From assembly GCA_963832165.1 (NCBI GenBank), contig CAWHTE010000007.1, positions 768,001 to 832,000 on the forward strand: 64,000 bases of DNA. The letters are read 5' to 3'. The notes under the pieces were generated by a model. The model saw only the letters and a program-made list of their open reading frames with translations, searched no databases and was not told where the DNA came from. This document shows, piece after piece, positions 24,588-35,800 of the stretch (positions are counted from its first letter, which is position 1; each line of letters starts with the position of its first letter). Source of the stretch: an uncultured delta proteobacterium. GTDB lineage: Bacteria; Myxococcota_A; UBA9160; SMWR01. A program made the translations under genes and the position numbers.

Positions 24588-25379
24588 GTGTCTGGGCCGG
24601 ACGACCTGGCGGATGCGATCCGGAGCGACGGCTACGTCGTCGTGCCCGACCTCATCACTCCGCGCGACGTGCGCGAGATCGCGGACTCGCTGAAGCCCTG
24701 GCTCCAAGGGCGATATTTCGGCCGCAACGACTTCGAAGGCTTCCGCTCCGAGCGCGTATACGCGCTGCTCGCGAAGAGCCCCGCGATCGCGCGGATCGTC
24801 GAGCACCCGCTCGTGCTCGCGGTCTGCGACCGCCTGCTCCGGCCGCATTACCGGCTCTCTGCGTGCCTCGCGATCCAGGTACACCCCGGTGAGACGCCGC
24901 AGGGCTGGCACTTCGACGACGCCTACGTCGCGATCCCGCGCCCGCGTCCGATGATGGGCGTCTCGGCGATCTGGGCGTTCGACGACTTCACTGACGAGAA
25001 CGGCGCCACCGAGGTGATCCCGGGCTCTCATCGCTGGGGCGCCTCGGACGAGGCCGCGCCGGACGACCCGCGCGCGGTGCGGATCCGGATGGCGGCCGGA
25101 TCGGCGGTGCTATTCGCGGGCACGCTGGTGCACCGCGGCGGCGCGCACCGCGGCACTTCCACGCGGCTCGGCATCACGCCGCAGTACTGCGAGCCGTGGG
25201 TGCGGCAGATCGAGAACATGGCGCTCGCGGTGCCGCCCGAGCTCGCGCGCGGCTACTCGGAACGCATCCAGGAGCTGCTCGGCTACGACGTGATCGAGCC
25301 GTTCATCGGCTACGTCGATGGCGTACACCCCAAGCGCCTGCTCGGCCCCGAGTACGCGGCGCGCATGAAGCGGAGCTGA
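24588..25379 (+). CDS. Phytanoyl-CoA dioxygenase (PhyH) family protein
   Basis: Q.WHFDD (HxD), NGATEVIPGSH, VHRGG. Confidence 0.9.
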   Translation: MSGPDDLADAIRSDGYVVVPDLITPRDVREIADSLKPWLQGRYFGRNDFEGFRSERVYALLAKSPAIARIVEHPLVLAVCDRLLRPHYRLSACLAIQVHPGETPQGWHFDDAYVAIPRPRPMMGVSAIWAFDDFTDENGATEVIPGSHRWGASDEAAPDDPRAVRIRMAAGSAVLFAGTLVHRGGAHRGTSTRLGITPQYCEPWVRQIENMALAVPPELARGYSERIQELLGYDVIEPFIGYVDGVHPKRLLGPEYAARMKRS

Positions 25380-25389
25380 AGAGCAAGCG

Positions 25390-26436
25390 ATGCAGGCGTG
25401 GGTCGTGCGCGGCACGGGAAGCCCCAGCGACGTGTTCGAATGGCGCGATGCGCCCGAGCCGAGTCATGCGGCGATGCGCGAGCTCACGGTCGATCTCGCG
25501 GGTCTGCGGACGCGCGTCGGCGACGAGCCGCCCGCTTCTGCATACGTCTTCGTGCGGGTACTCGCGGCCGCGCTTGCCACGCCCGACGTGACGATGGCGA
25601 CGGGCGAGTACCCGGTGCCGATCGCGCGTCCCTACGTATCGGGCCAGGAGGCGGTCGGTGTCGTCGAGGAGGCGTCTCCGGGGCTCTCCACCTGGATCGG
25701 CAAGCGCGTGATGGGATTCACGCCGCAGCCCTTCGGCAGCTTCGCGCCGCGCGCCGTGATGTTCCCGCCCGTGATCTACGAGGTGCCCGACGCGCTCTCC
25801 GATACCGATGCGGCGGGCTTCGTGATCCCGGCGCACACCGCCTATCACGCGGTCCATCGCCGCGGCCAGGTGAGCGCGGGCGAGACCGTACTCGTGCTCG
25901 GCGCGGCCGGAGGCGTTCCTTCTTCGGCGGTGCAGCTCGCGGCCGCTGCGGGCTGCCGCGTGATCGCGGTCGCGGGCGGTGCGGACAAGGTGGCGTTCTG
26001 CCGCGAGCTCGGCGCGCAGATCGCGATCGACCACCAGCGCGAAGACTTCGTGTCCGCCGTGCTGCGCGAGGTCGGCCCCGCGGCGGTCGATGCGATCATC
26101 GACTTCGTGCAGGGCGAGCCGGGCAGGCGCGCGCGGCCGCTGCTCGCGGTGGAAGGTCGCCACGTGCTCGCGGGGCACGCGGCCGGCCTGATCGAGATCC
26201 ATCCGAACGAGTTCTATCTCCAGAACTGGACGCTCGTGGGCACGTGCATGGGCGCGGGCTACGGTGCGCGCGGCGCACAGCTCGAGGAGACCGCGCATGA
26301 GCACGTCATGAAGCTGTTTGGCGAGGGCCGATATCGCGCCACCACGACGCGCGTGATCGGGCTGCGCGAGGTGCCCGCGGCGCTCGCCGATCTCCACGCG
26401 CGCCGGACGCGCGGCCGCGTCGTGGCGGTGATCTGA
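25390..26436 (+). CDS. MDR / NADPH:quinone oxidoreductase family
   Basis: GQEAVGVV, TAYHAV, GETVLVLGAAGGV, GRVV. Confidence 0.88.
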   Translation: MQAWVVRGTGSPSDVFEWRDAPEPSHAAMRELTVDLAGLRTRVGDEPPASAYVFVRVLAAALATPDVTMATGEYPVPIARPYVSGQEAVGVVEEASPGLSTWIGKRVMGFTPQPFGSFAPRAVMFPPVIYEVPDALSDTDAAGFVIPAHTAYHAVHRRGQVSAGETVLVLGAAGGVPSSAVQLAAAAGCRVIAVAGGADKVAFCRELGAQIAIDHQREDFVSAVLREVGPAAVDAIIDFVQGEPGRRARPLLAVEGRHVLAGHAAGLIEIHPNEFYLQNWTLVGTCMGAGYGARGAQLEETAHEHVMKLFGEGRYRATTTRVIGLREVPAALADLHARRTRGRVVAVI

Positions 26437-27428
26437 TGCCGCGCTTTCTCGAGATCGCTGCAGGCGTGCTGGGTCTGCTCGTGCTCGCGCTCGGCGCGGC
26501 CTGGGGCTACTGGCTCTACACGCCCACGATCGAGCCGGTGCCCGCACTCGACGGCGAGCTGCTCGAGGGGTCGCTCAACGCGGGAGGTCGCGAGCGCCAC
26601 TTCCGTTGGTACCGGCCCGCCAAGCCCGCGGAGTCTCCGCCGCTCGTATTCGTGCTGCACGGCTCGCGCGGCGATGGTCGTTCGGCGCGCCGCATGACCT
26701 ACTACGAGTTCGATCGGCTCGCGGACCGGCACGGCTTCCTCGCCGTCTACCCCGACGGCTACGAGCAGCACTGGAACGACTGCCGCGCCGCGGCACCCTA
26801 CTCGGCGAACAAGAAGAACATCGACGACATCGCATTCTTGTCGGCGATGATCGACTTCTTCGTGGCCGAGCAGCACGCCAACCCCGACCGCGTCTACGTC
26901 ACCGGGTTCTCGAATGGCGGTCAGCTCGCCTACCGCGTCGCGCTCGAGCTGCCGGAGCGGGTCGCCGCCGTGGCACCCGTGGCGGCGTCATTGCCCGACG
27001 ACGCGAACTTCGACTGCAAGAAGTCGGGCAAGCCCGTGGCGATCATGGTGCTGAACGGCACCGCCGACCCGATGAACCCCTACGAGGGCGGTGAGGCGGC
27101 GCTCTACGGCGTGTTCGAACCCCGGGGTACGGTGCTGTCGACCGACGCCACGATCGGCTACTTCGCGAAGCTCGCGGGTCACGAATCCCCGCCGCGCATC
27201 GTGGAGTATCCCGACGTGGCAACCCACGATCACTCGCGCGCGCGGCTCCAGACCTGGAATGACGGCTCCGGCCCCGAGGTGGTGCTGCTCACGGTCGAGG
27301 GCGGCGGCCACACGTTCCCTCATCCCTTTCACCGTTTCCCGCGCCTGATCGGCGCGACCAACGCCGACCTCGACGCCGCCGCGGAGATCTGGCGCTTCTT
27401 CACCGACAAGCGTCGGCCTTCGCCCTGA
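26436..27428 (+). CDS. PHB depolymerase (LpqC)-family esterase
   Basis: N-terminal TM, VLHG, YPDG, WND, GFSNGG nucleophile, GTADP, GGGH. Confidence 0.85.
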   Translation: MPRFLEIAAGVLGLLVLALGAAWGYWLYTPTIEPVPALDGELLEGSLNAGGRERHFRWYRPAKPAESPPLVFVLHGSRGDGRSARRMTYYEFDRLADRHGFLAVYPDGYEQHWNDCRAAAPYSANKKNIDDIAFLSAMIDFFVAEQHANPDRVYVTGFSNGGQLAYRVALELPERVAAVAPVAASLPDDANFDCKKSGKPVAIMVLNGTADPMNPYEGGEAALYGVFEPRGTVLSTDATIGYFAKLAGHESPPRIVEYPDVATHDHSRARLQTWNDGSGPEVVLLTVEGGGHTFPHPFHRFPRLIGATNADLDAAAEIWRFFTDKRRPSP

Positions 27429-28056
27429 TCACCCGGAACGTGAGATTGAGGCGCGGGCCGACCGGTGCCGCGGTCTTCGGCAGCGCATGGCGCCAATGCT
27501 GTTGCGTGGTGCCGCGCATCACGAGCAGGCTGCCGTCGCGAAGCGACAGCGCGCGGCGCTCGCCGCTCTCGCGGTGGCGCATGGCGAAGCGGCGCGTGGC
27601 GCCGAGCGAGAGCGACGCGATCGCGATGTCGTCGCGCGCAGGGCCGAGCTCGCGCTCGTCGTCGGAGTGCCAGCCGACCGAATCGCGGCCGTCGCGGTAG
27701 TAGTTCGCGAGCACGGCATTCCAGGGGATCCCGGTGCGCTCGCAGAGCAGCGCGCGGACGCGCGCGAGGCCGGGCGTCCACGGTGCGGGCTCGTAGGTCT
27801 GGCCCGAGTAGCGATAGCGGCAGCCCGGATCACCGTGCCAGGAGATCAGTCTCGGCACCGCGACGGTCCTGCCGAACATCGCGAACGTGTCGCTGCGCAG
27901 TGGCAGCTCCGCCGCGAGCGCCTCCGCGCGCGGCCGCTCCGAGCCCGCGAGGAAATCGTGCCACCACTCGAGCCACGCCCCGTCGCCCAGGTCGATCCGC
28001 TCGGGGGCGCTGCCGCCGCCTCCGCGGCGCGTCCGTGCGTGTGCGACCCGAGCCAT
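27400..28056 (-). CDS. AlkB-family 2OG-Fe(II) dioxygenase
   Basis: NYYRDGRDSVGWHSDDE, IASLSLGA.R.F, H.LPK, RLNLTFR. Confidence 0.92.
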   Translation of the reverse strand: MARVAHARTRRGGGGSAPERIDLGDGAWLEWWHDFLAGSERPRAEALAAELPLRSDTFAMFGRTVAVPRLISWHGDPGCRYRYSGQTYEPAPWTPGLARVRALLCERTGIPWNAVLANYYRDGRDSVGWHSDDERELGPARDDIAIASLSLGATRRFAMRHRESGERRALSLRDGSLLVMRGTTQQHWRHALPKTAAPVGPRLNLTFRVIRAKADACR

Positions 28057-28102
28057 CGGCGTAGAATATCCCGCTCACGCGCCCAGGCTGGAGACCCCCC
28101 GG

Positions 28103-29287
28103 ATGGTCGAGCTTCCCTTCGAGATCTTCGACGCCGACAACCACTACTACGAGGCCGAGGACGCGTTTACGCGCCATCTCGACCCGAAGATGCGTCGGCG
28201 CTGCATGGACTGGGCGGTGGTGAAGGGGCGCAAGGAGCTCCTGGTTGCGGGCGCAATCAACCGCTTCATCCCCAACCCCACGTTCAATCCGGTGGCGCGC
28301 CCGGGCTGCCTCGACCAGTACTACCGCGGCAAGAATCCGAAGGGGCACACGATCCGCGAGGCGTTCGGCGAGCTCGAGCCGATCCGCCGCGAGTACCGCG
28401 ACCGCGATGCGCGGCTCGAAGTGATGACGAAGCAGCGCATCGAGAAGGCGCTCTATTTCCCGACGCTCGGCGTCGGCATGGAAGAGGCGCTCAAGCGCGA
28501 CACCGAGGCGGTCCACTGCGCGTTCGAGGCGTTCAACCGCTGGCTGCTCGACGACTGGGGCTTCGCGTACAAAGAGCGGATCTACGGCGCGCCCTACATC
28601 TCGATCATGGACCGCGACCGCGGCATCCGCGAGCTCGAGTGGGCGCTCGAGCACGACGTGCGCTTCATCGTGATGAGACCTTCGTTCGTCTACCACGCGG
28701 GCGGCAGCCGCTCGCCGGCCGATCCGTATTACGATCCGTTCTGGCAGCTCGTCAACGATTCGGGCGTCGTGGTCGTCTACCACGGCGGCGACTCGGGCTA
28801 CGGCGACTACTCGAAGGACTGGGGAGAGGGCGGCACCACCGAGAGCTTCAAGGCGTCGCCGTTCCGCAGCATCACGATGCCGTCGAAGCCGCCGTTCGAT
28901 CTGTTCGCGGCGCTGATCTCGCACCAGCTCTTCCAGCGTTTCCCGAATCTCCGGATCGCGAGCATCGAGATGGGCTCGTTCTGGGTGCCGTGGCTGTTCC
29001 AATCGATGCAGCGGGTCTACGGACAGGAGCCGAGCTACTTCGCCGAAGATCCGCTCGACACCTTCCGGCGTCACATCTGGATCGCGCCGTTCCACGAGGA
29101 CGACATCACGCTGCTGCGCGATCTCGTGGGCGCCGAGAACATGGTGGCGGGCTCGGACTGGCCGCACGCCGAGGGCCTCACCGAGCCGACCGACTACGCG
29201 CTCGACCTGAAGGGCCTCTCCGACAAGGAGATCCGGCTCGTGATGCGCGAGAACGCGCTGGGTCTCTCGCAGCGGAGGCCCGTGTAG
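28103..29287 (+). CDS. Amidohydrolase family protein
   Basis: DADNHYYE, FPTLG, AFNRWL, DPFW, GSDWPH. Confidence 0.9.
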   Translation: MVELPFEIFDADNHYYEAEDAFTRHLDPKMRRRCMDWAVVKGRKELLVAGAINRFIPNPTFNPVARPGCLDQYYRGKNPKGHTIREAFGELEPIRREYRDRDARLEVMTKQRIEKALYFPTLGVGMEEALKRDTEAVHCAFEAFNRWLLDDWGFAYKERIYGAPYISIMDRDRGIRELEWALEHDVRFIVMRPSFVYHAGGSRSPADPYYDPFWQLVNDSGVVVVYHGGDSGYGDYSKDWGEGGTTESFKASPFRSITMPSKPPFDLFAALISHQLFQRFPNLRIASIEMGSFWVPWLFQSMQRVYGQEPSYFAEDPLDTFRRHIWIAPFHEDDITLLRDLVGAENMVAGSDWPHAEGLTEPTDYALDLKGLSDKEIRLVMRENALGLSQRRPV

Positions 29288-29289
29288 CC

Positions 29290-30741
29290 ATGCGAGACGT
29301 CCGCATCGCGATCATCGGGGCCGGCATGGCCGGAGTGTTGTCGGCGATCAAGCTCAAGGAGGCCGGGATCACCAACTTCATCGTCTACGAAAAGGCGAGC
29401 CGACTCGGTGGGACCTGGCGCGAGAACACCTACCCCGGTCTCGGGTGCGACGTGCCGTCGCACCTCTACAGCTACTCGTTCGCGCTGAATCCGAGCTGGA
29501 GCCACCGCTATTCGCCGGGCCCGGAGATCCAGGAGTATCTCGAGCGCACGGCCATGGAGCACGGTGTGCTGCCGTTCTTCCGCTTCGGCGACGAGGTGGT
29601 GCGCTGCACATTCGAGCGCGGTCGCTGGCAGATCGAGACCAGGAGCGGCCAACGCGACGAGGTCGACATGATCATCGCGGCCACGGGCGTGCTCCATCAC
29701 CCGAAGATTCCGAAGTTCGAGGGCCTCGAGAGCTTCGAGGGCGCGGCGTTTCACAGCGCGCGCTGGGACCACTCGGTGCCGCTCGACGGCCGCCGCGTCG
29801 GCGTGATCGGCACGGGCTCCACCGCGGTGCAGATCACCGGCGCGCTCACCGAACGCGCCGCGAGGTACACGCTGTTCCAGCGCACGGCACAGTGGGTGAT
29901 GCCCCAGGAGAATCCGGCCTATTCCGAGGACGAGCAGGCCGCGTTCCGCGACGATCCGGACCTCTTGCGCGGCCTGCACAACGACCTCTCGAAGCTGTTC
30001 GCGGAGGGGTTCGCGAGCGGGCTCGTAGATGCCGATTCGCCCGCAATGGCGGCGATCGCCGCGGCGTGCCTGCAGAACCTCGAAGACAACGTGCGCGACC
30101 CCGAGCTCAAGGAGCGGCTGCGCCCGAACTACCGCGCGGCGTGCAAGCGGCTCGTGATCTCGCACAACTTCTACGAGGCGATCCAGCGCCCGAACGCCGA
30201 GCTCGTCACCTCCGCGATCGAGCGCATCGAGCCGCGCGGCGTGCGCACCGCGGACGGGCGCCTGCACGACCTCGATGTGCTCGTGCTCGCAACGGGCTTC
30301 CAGGTCGATCGCTTCCTGCGCCCGATCGACGTGATCGGACGCGGCGGCGTGCGCCTCGCCGAGTTCTGGGAGAAGCGCCCGCTCGCATACCTGTCGATTG
30401 CGATTCCCGGGTTTCCCAACTTGTTCATGCTGAACGGGCCGAACGGACCGGTCGGCAACTTCTCGCTGATCGAGGTCGCGGAGATCCAGTTCCGCTACAT
30501 CGAGAAGCTGATCGATCTGCTGCGCTCGGGCCGCGCGCGAGAGATCAGCGTGTCCGCTGCGGCCACCGAGCAGCTCGAGGCCGAGCGCGTCGAGGCCGCG
30601 CGCAACACCATCTGGAGCAGCGGCTGCCGCAGCTGGTACCTCGACGATCGCGGCATCCCGATGACCTGGCCGTGGACGTTCGAGCGCTTCCGAGCGGAGA
30701 TGGACGGGCCCAAGCTCGAGGCGTACGAGCTCGTCGCGTGA
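29290..30741 (+). CDS. Flavin-containing (Baeyer-Villiger type) monooxygenase
   Basis: GAGMAG, GGTWRENTYPG..CD, F.G..FHSARW, IGTGST, ATGF. Confidence 0.93.
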   Translation: MRDVRIAIIGAGMAGVLSAIKLKEAGITNFIVYEKASRLGGTWRENTYPGLGCDVPSHLYSYSFALNPSWSHRYSPGPEIQEYLERTAMEHGVLPFFRFGDEVVRCTFERGRWQIETRSGQRDEVDMIIAATGVLHHPKIPKFEGLESFEGAAFHSARWDHSVPLDGRRVGVIGTGSTAVQITGALTERAARYTLFQRTAQWVMPQENPAYSEDEQAAFRDDPDLLRGLHNDLSKLFAEGFASGLVDADSPAMAAIAAACLQNLEDNVRDPELKERLRPNYRAACKRLVISHNFYEAIQRPNAELVTSAIERIEPRGVRTADGRLHDLDVLVLATGFQVDRFLRPIDVIGRGGVRLAEFWEKRPLAYLSIAIPGFPNLFMLNGPNGPVGNFSLIEVAEIQFRYIEKLIDLLRSGRAREISVSAAATEQLEAERVEAARNTIWSSGCRSWYLDDRGIPMTWPWTFERFRAEMDGPKLEAYELVA

Positions 30742-30967
30742 TCTTCACAACTTCGTGATCGCCGATTGCGAATAGTCGCCACCTCCAGCCAGCCGACGCT
30801 CAGCGTCTCGCGAGGCTTCGGCGAATCCGAAGCGCTTGTGTGGTGGTCTGGTGCTCTCAAAAAGCCTCGCCAGCTCCACACGAACACGAGGCCATTCGCG
30901 TTCACCTTCAAGAGCTCAGTCGCTTCCCCGCGAGATGGTAGCCAGGCCATCGGCGCAGCGTTTTTCA

Positions 30968-30990
30968 TCAACTGGATTTGAATCCAGTTC
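30968..30990 (+). repeat. Palindromic repeat, copy 1
   Basis: TCAACTGGATTTGAATCCAGTTC; 9-bp arms AACTGGATT/AATCCAGTT; identical to 32007..32029. Confidence 0.85.
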
Positions 30991-31101
30991 GTTCTGGAGA
31001 ATCGCAGTCAGAAGCGGGACGGAGTAACATAACAACCCATTTCGATCAAATATGTGTTAGTCTTCGTCTACCTCACCCCGATGAATCGTGAGGTGGACGA
31101 C

Positions 31102-32048
31102 ATGACGGACTCGCTCGCTGAGCTGGCGAACGCTCAGTTGCTCTCTCGGGTGCGGGAGTTGATTCTCCGGGGAAACGAAGTCGAGGCTGATCTTCTTGCG
31201 CATCTCGGCGAGGTCGATGCCCGGCGGCTCTATCTCGAGGAGGGCTGCTCCTCGATGTTCATCTACTGCCAGCGCGTGCTTCACTTCGCGGAAGGCGTGG
31301 CCTACAAACGCATTCAGGCCGCACGTACGGCCCGATTGCATCCAGAGATCCTGGAGGAGGTACGCCGCGGTAATCTCCACCTGACGGCCGTCGGGCTGCT
31401 CGCGCCAAAACTAACGAACGCGAATTGCGCGGAGCTGATCCGATTTGCACGCCATCGCAGCGCCGACGAGATCCGGAGCCTGCTCGCAGAGCGCGCGCCG
31501 CGGCCCGCAGTTCCGACGACTGTGCGGCGGCTGCCCGAGCCGATGGAGGTACCTGCGCCGCCCGGGCCGATGCCGCAACTGACACCGGCACCCACGCTCC
31601 CCGTGCGCGCCATCAGATTCCGGATGGCGACGTCGGAAAGATTCTCGCTCGCGCTGTCACGGTAGTGCTCACGCAGGTCCGAAAGCGGAAGTTCGCAGAG
31701 ACTCAGACGCCGAGATCCGCCTCGTCGGATCGACCGTCCAATGGAACTCCTTCCCGACACATCCCAGCGGAGACTCGCCGCGCCGTCTGGAATCGCGACG
31801 GGGGTCGCTGTACCTACGTTTCGTCGGACGGACGGCGCTGTGACTCGCGGGAGTTCGTGGAGTTCGATCATGTCGAAGCCTGGGCTTGGACGAAGTCCCA
31901 CCCGTTGAACGGCATCACGTTGCGTTGCCGAGCGCACAATCAGCAGCGCGCCCGGGTCGATTTCGGGGAGATGCACATGGCGAAGGTCCGGCGACGGACA
32001 GGCACGTCAACTGGATTTGAATCCAGTTCCCCTGCACATTCCCCATGA
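31102..32048 (+). pseudogene. DUF222-like + HNH endonuclease, frameshift/internal deletion near 31605
   Basis: N-part AHLGEVDARRLY..GCSSMF.YC, KRIQAAR; C-part RHQIPDGD, RHIPA..RRAVW.RDGGRC, EFDH, LRCRAHN in a different frame. Confidence 0.8.
32007..32029 (+). repeat. Palindromic repeat, copy 2 (in the last codons of the HNH gene)
   Basis: TCAACTGGATTTGAATCCAGTTC, a direct repeat of 30968..30990. Confidence 0.85.
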
Positions 32049-32049
32049 C

Positions 32050-32430
32050 ATGACCCGCGAAGAGGCGAACAAGGCGGTGCTGCGTCGCTGGTACGACGAG
32101 ATGTGGGCGCACTGCGCGTTCGATCTGGTTCCCGAGATCGCGGGGCCCACCTACACGCGCCACGACTTCGGCGGCACGCGCACGGTCACGGCGGAGCAGT
32201 ATCGCGATCAGCTCGCGGCGACTGTCAAAGACTGGAAGATCTCCGACTTCCACTACTTCCTGATGGCCGAGGGCGAATTCGTCACCGCGATCGGCACGTG
32301 GCTCGTGAACGACAGCCTGCGGTGGGACTGGGTGCAGACGTTCCGGATCGCAAACGGCAAGATCGTCGAGACCTGGCTGCCCGCGATGGCGACGGAGGGG
32401 AAGTGGTCGGAGGCGGATATTCCCGGCTGA
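32050..32430 (+). CDS. SnoaL-like/ester cyclase (NTF2 fold)
   Basis: NKAVLRRWYDEMW, AEGEFV, FRIANGKIVETW. Confidence 0.8.
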   Translation: MTREEANKAVLRRWYDEMWAHCAFDLVPEIAGPTYTRHDFGGTRTVTAEQYRDQLAATVKDWKISDFHYFLMAEGEFVTAIGTWLVNDSLRWDWVQTFRIANGKIVETWLPAMATEGKWSEADIPG

Positions 32431-32457
32431 CCGGCGGGATCGCTTCGCTCTCCCGCC

Positions 32458-32883
32458 CTACGAGATCTCCCATAGCGTTTCGTAGTTCGCGATCGGCCGC
32501 TCGAAGCGGACGCCGTCCCGGGTGAACTGCTCGGCGAGCGCCTGCATGGGCGCGAGGATCTGCATCTGCTGCGCGTGCGCGAGGGAATCCCAGACGCTCA
32601 CGTTCACCATGCTGCTCGACTCGCGGTCGATCGCGGCGAAGTAGTGAAGGCAGCCGGGGAGGTAACGGATCGCCGGAACGAGCGTCTTCTGCGCCTCGTC
32701 GAGGCGGTCCCTCACGGCCTCGTACCTCTCGGGCGGGAACGATCCTCGTGAGATGCGCACGATCGGCGGCGAGGAAGGCGTCGTCTGGCCGCGAGCCGCG
32801 GGTGCAATTCCCGCAGCGAGCAGAGCCGCGAGCAATCCCCGCACGACTTCGCGGCGGCTGGTGCTCGGTGCGGATTCGGCCAT
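32458..32883 (-). CDS. ABM-like (dimeric alpha-beta barrel) protein with putative Tat signal
   Basis: SRREVV + hydrophobic stretch + ARG; PGCLHY, VSVWDS. Confidence 0.65.
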   Translation of the reverse strand: MAESAPSTSRREVVRGLLAALLAAGIAPAARGQTTPSSPPIVRISRGSFPPERYEAVRDRLDEAQKTLVPAIRYLPGCLHYFAAIDRESSSMVNVSVWDSLAHAQQMQILAPMQALAEQFTRDGVRFERPIANYETLWEIS

Positions 32884-32893
32884 TGCAGCCCTC

Positions 32894-35800
32894 CTACTCG
32901 AACGCCGCCAGCGCCTCGCGCAGCCGCTGCCGATAGTTCTCGACGCGCGGGACCTTGATCCCTTCGTAACCGCGCACGAGGTCGGGCAGCTCTGCGAGCT
33001 TCACGGCCGCATCGAGGCTGGACGCGTCGAGCCGCGCGAGCACGCGGTCGATCGCCGCGACGTACTCGCCGGGCAGCTCGCGCTCGAGTCGTCGCACATG
33101 CGCGTAGCCGAACGGGTCGAACGGAGTGCCGCGCACGAACTTGCCCTTCGCGAGCAGGCGCACCGCGGGCCCCGCCCAGCTCGGGATCGCGATCTTGTGC
33201 GTGAGACCCATCGCGCGAAGGATCGGCGGGTGCAGCTTCCACGCGATCCGCCCGTTCCGTCCCGCGACCTCGCGCGCGGCGGCAAGGCCGTCGGCGTCGG
33301 TCATGAGCCGCGCGACCTCGTACTCGTCCTTGTACGCGGTGAGCTTGAACAGGCTCGCGGCGACGGCCGCGAGCAGGCGCGTGCTCTCGGGGTCCACTCC
33401 GCGCTCGGCATGGCTCACGCGCTCGAGCGCATCGAGCCACCCGCGCGCCGTGCGGACGCTCTGCCACGCGCACAGCTCCGCGGCATAGCGCGTGAGCTCG
33501 GCCTGCAGCGCGGGCGGAGCGCCGAGCGCCGCGATCCGCGCCGCGATCGCCTCGGGCACCACGTGTGCCGAGGCCACGACCTGCACGTCGTCGCCGAGGT
33601 CGACGCGGCGCGCCGCCGCAACCGCCTGCGGCGCCGCGATCTGCGCGCGGCCCCAGCGGAACGCGGCGATGTTCGCCTCGACGGCCGTGCCGTTGAGGGC
33701 GAGCGCTTCCTCGAGGTGCGCGGCGCTGATCGGCAGGCAGCCGGCCTGATGCGCCATGCCCACCACGAAGAAGTTCGCCGTGGTCGCGCGGCCGAACAGA
33801 TCCTCGGTGATCGCGAATGCATCCGCCCAGTGCTGCGCATCGGCGCGCGTGACGGCCGCGATGCGGCGCGTTAGGTCGCCCGGCGACGGGAGCCGCACGC
33901 CCGGGTGCGTGATCATCTCGCCGGTCGGCGTCGGCGACGTCGAGCCCACCACCGCGGTACGCGCGGGATCCGCCGTGAGCATGCCCTTCTCGGACGCCGC
34001 GACGAGCTGATCGAACGCGAGCAGCAGATCCGCCTGGGCCTCGCCGAGCCGATTGGTCGCGGTCGGCGCAGAGCGCGACAGACGCAGGTCGCTCACGACG
34101 GGGCCCGCCTTCTGCGACAGGCCGATCTGGTCGAGGCCGCGCACGTGGTAGCCGTCGAGCATCGCAGCGGTGCCGAGCACCTGCGCCACCGTCACCACGC
34201 CCGTGCCGCCGATGCCCGTGATCCGCATCGCGAACTCGTCTTCGGAAACGATCGGCGCGGGCTCGGGCAGATTCGCGGGCGGCTCGGGCAGCACCTCGCG
34301 CACCGCCGCGCTCTCGTCCTTGCGAGCTCGTCGAGTGCGCTTCGGAGTGATCGTCATGAACGAGGGGCAATCGCCCTCGAGGCACGAGAAATCGAGATTG
34401 CACGTCGTCTGATCGATCGTCGTCTTGCGCCCGAACGGCGTGTCGATCGGCTGCACCGAGAGGCAGTTGGAAACCTCGCCGCAGTGGCCGCAGCCCTCGC
34501 AGATGCGGTGGTTGATCACGACGCGCTGCTGCGGCGTCGGGATCTTCCCGCGCTTGCGCAGGCGGCGCGCTTCCGCGGCGCAGCCCTGGTCGTGGATCAG
34601 CACGGTCACGCCCGGGATCTGCGCGAGCAGCTCTTGTGCCTCGAGCAGGCGCGTGCGCTCCCAGACCTCGACGCTGCTCGGCAGCGCCGCGTCGCGGTAG
34701 CGCTCGACGTCTTCGGTGGTGATCAGCACGCGCGCGACGCCTTGCGTGTGCAGGATGCGCGCGACCTCGGGCACCGCGAGCTGGCCCTGCGGATGCTGCC
34801 CGCCCGTCATCGCGACCGTGCCGTTGTAGAGCAGCTTGAACGTGATGTTCACCTTCGCCGCGACCGCGGCCTGGATCGCGAGCTGCCCCGAGTGGAAGTA
34901 GGTGCCGTCGCCGAGGTTCTGCACGAAGTGCTTGCGCGCGACGAAGTCGGCCATGCCGATCCACTGCGTGCCCTCGTTGCCCATGCACGCGACGCCCGTG
35001 ACGCTGCCGATGCGCTCGGGATCCATCAGCATCACCATCGTGTGGCAGCCGATCCCCGCGCCCACGAGCGAGCCCTCGGGCACCTCGGTGCTGCGGTTGT
35101 GCGGGCAGCCCGAGCAGAAGAACGGCGTGCGCTGCACCGAGAGCGCTGCGACCGCGTGCCCGGCGGGAGCCTGCTCGGGCGCCAGCTTCACGCCGACGCG
35201 CGCCTCGATCCGTCGGCGCAGGATCGGCACCAGGATGTCCGCGTCGAGCGCGCCGTGGCCCGGCACGAGCTGCTCGCCGACCTCGTCCATCTTGCCGACC
35301 ACGATCGGCCGATCGGCGAGCCCGTAGAGCGCGTCCTTGATCAGCGCTTCGATGTTGGGCTGCTTCTCCTCGATCACGAACACCTCGCGCAGCCCGCGCG
35401 CGAAGTTCCGGATCGTGCCCGCATCGAACGGCAGCGGCATCCCCATCTTGAGCACGCGGATGCCGCACGCTCGGATCTCGTCGTCGCTCTTGATCCCGAG
35501 GCGCGCGAACGCCTCGCGCACCTCGCGGTAGGTGATGCCCGAGGCGACGATCCCGATCGTCGCGTTGGGCGTCTCCACCGCGACCGCGTTCAGCGCGTTG
35601 TCGACCGCGTACTGGCGCGCGAGCTCGTAGCGCACCTCGTAGATCTCGCGCTCGCGCTCCACGCTGAAGGGCGCGAGCAGGATTGCGTCGGGGCGATGGC
35701 GGTAGAGCTGGCCTTCGACCTGCGGCATCACGGGCACGATCCGCTCCGGGTGCAGGTGCACGGTGGCCGTGGCGTCCGCGACGTCGGCCACGATCTTGAG

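Noticed and set aside
27487..30741. Long N-terminal extensions and Arg/Ala-rich overlapping ORFs (also 162..2366, 32712..35810, 42948..45926, 55756..58161)
   Set aside because: Stop-poor shadow frames typical of very high-GC DNA; only the motif-bearing parts were annotated
30745..30967. Possible transposase remnant on the minus strand (PRETLSVGW)
   Set aside because: Only a vague resemblance; no HUH or catalytic motif visible
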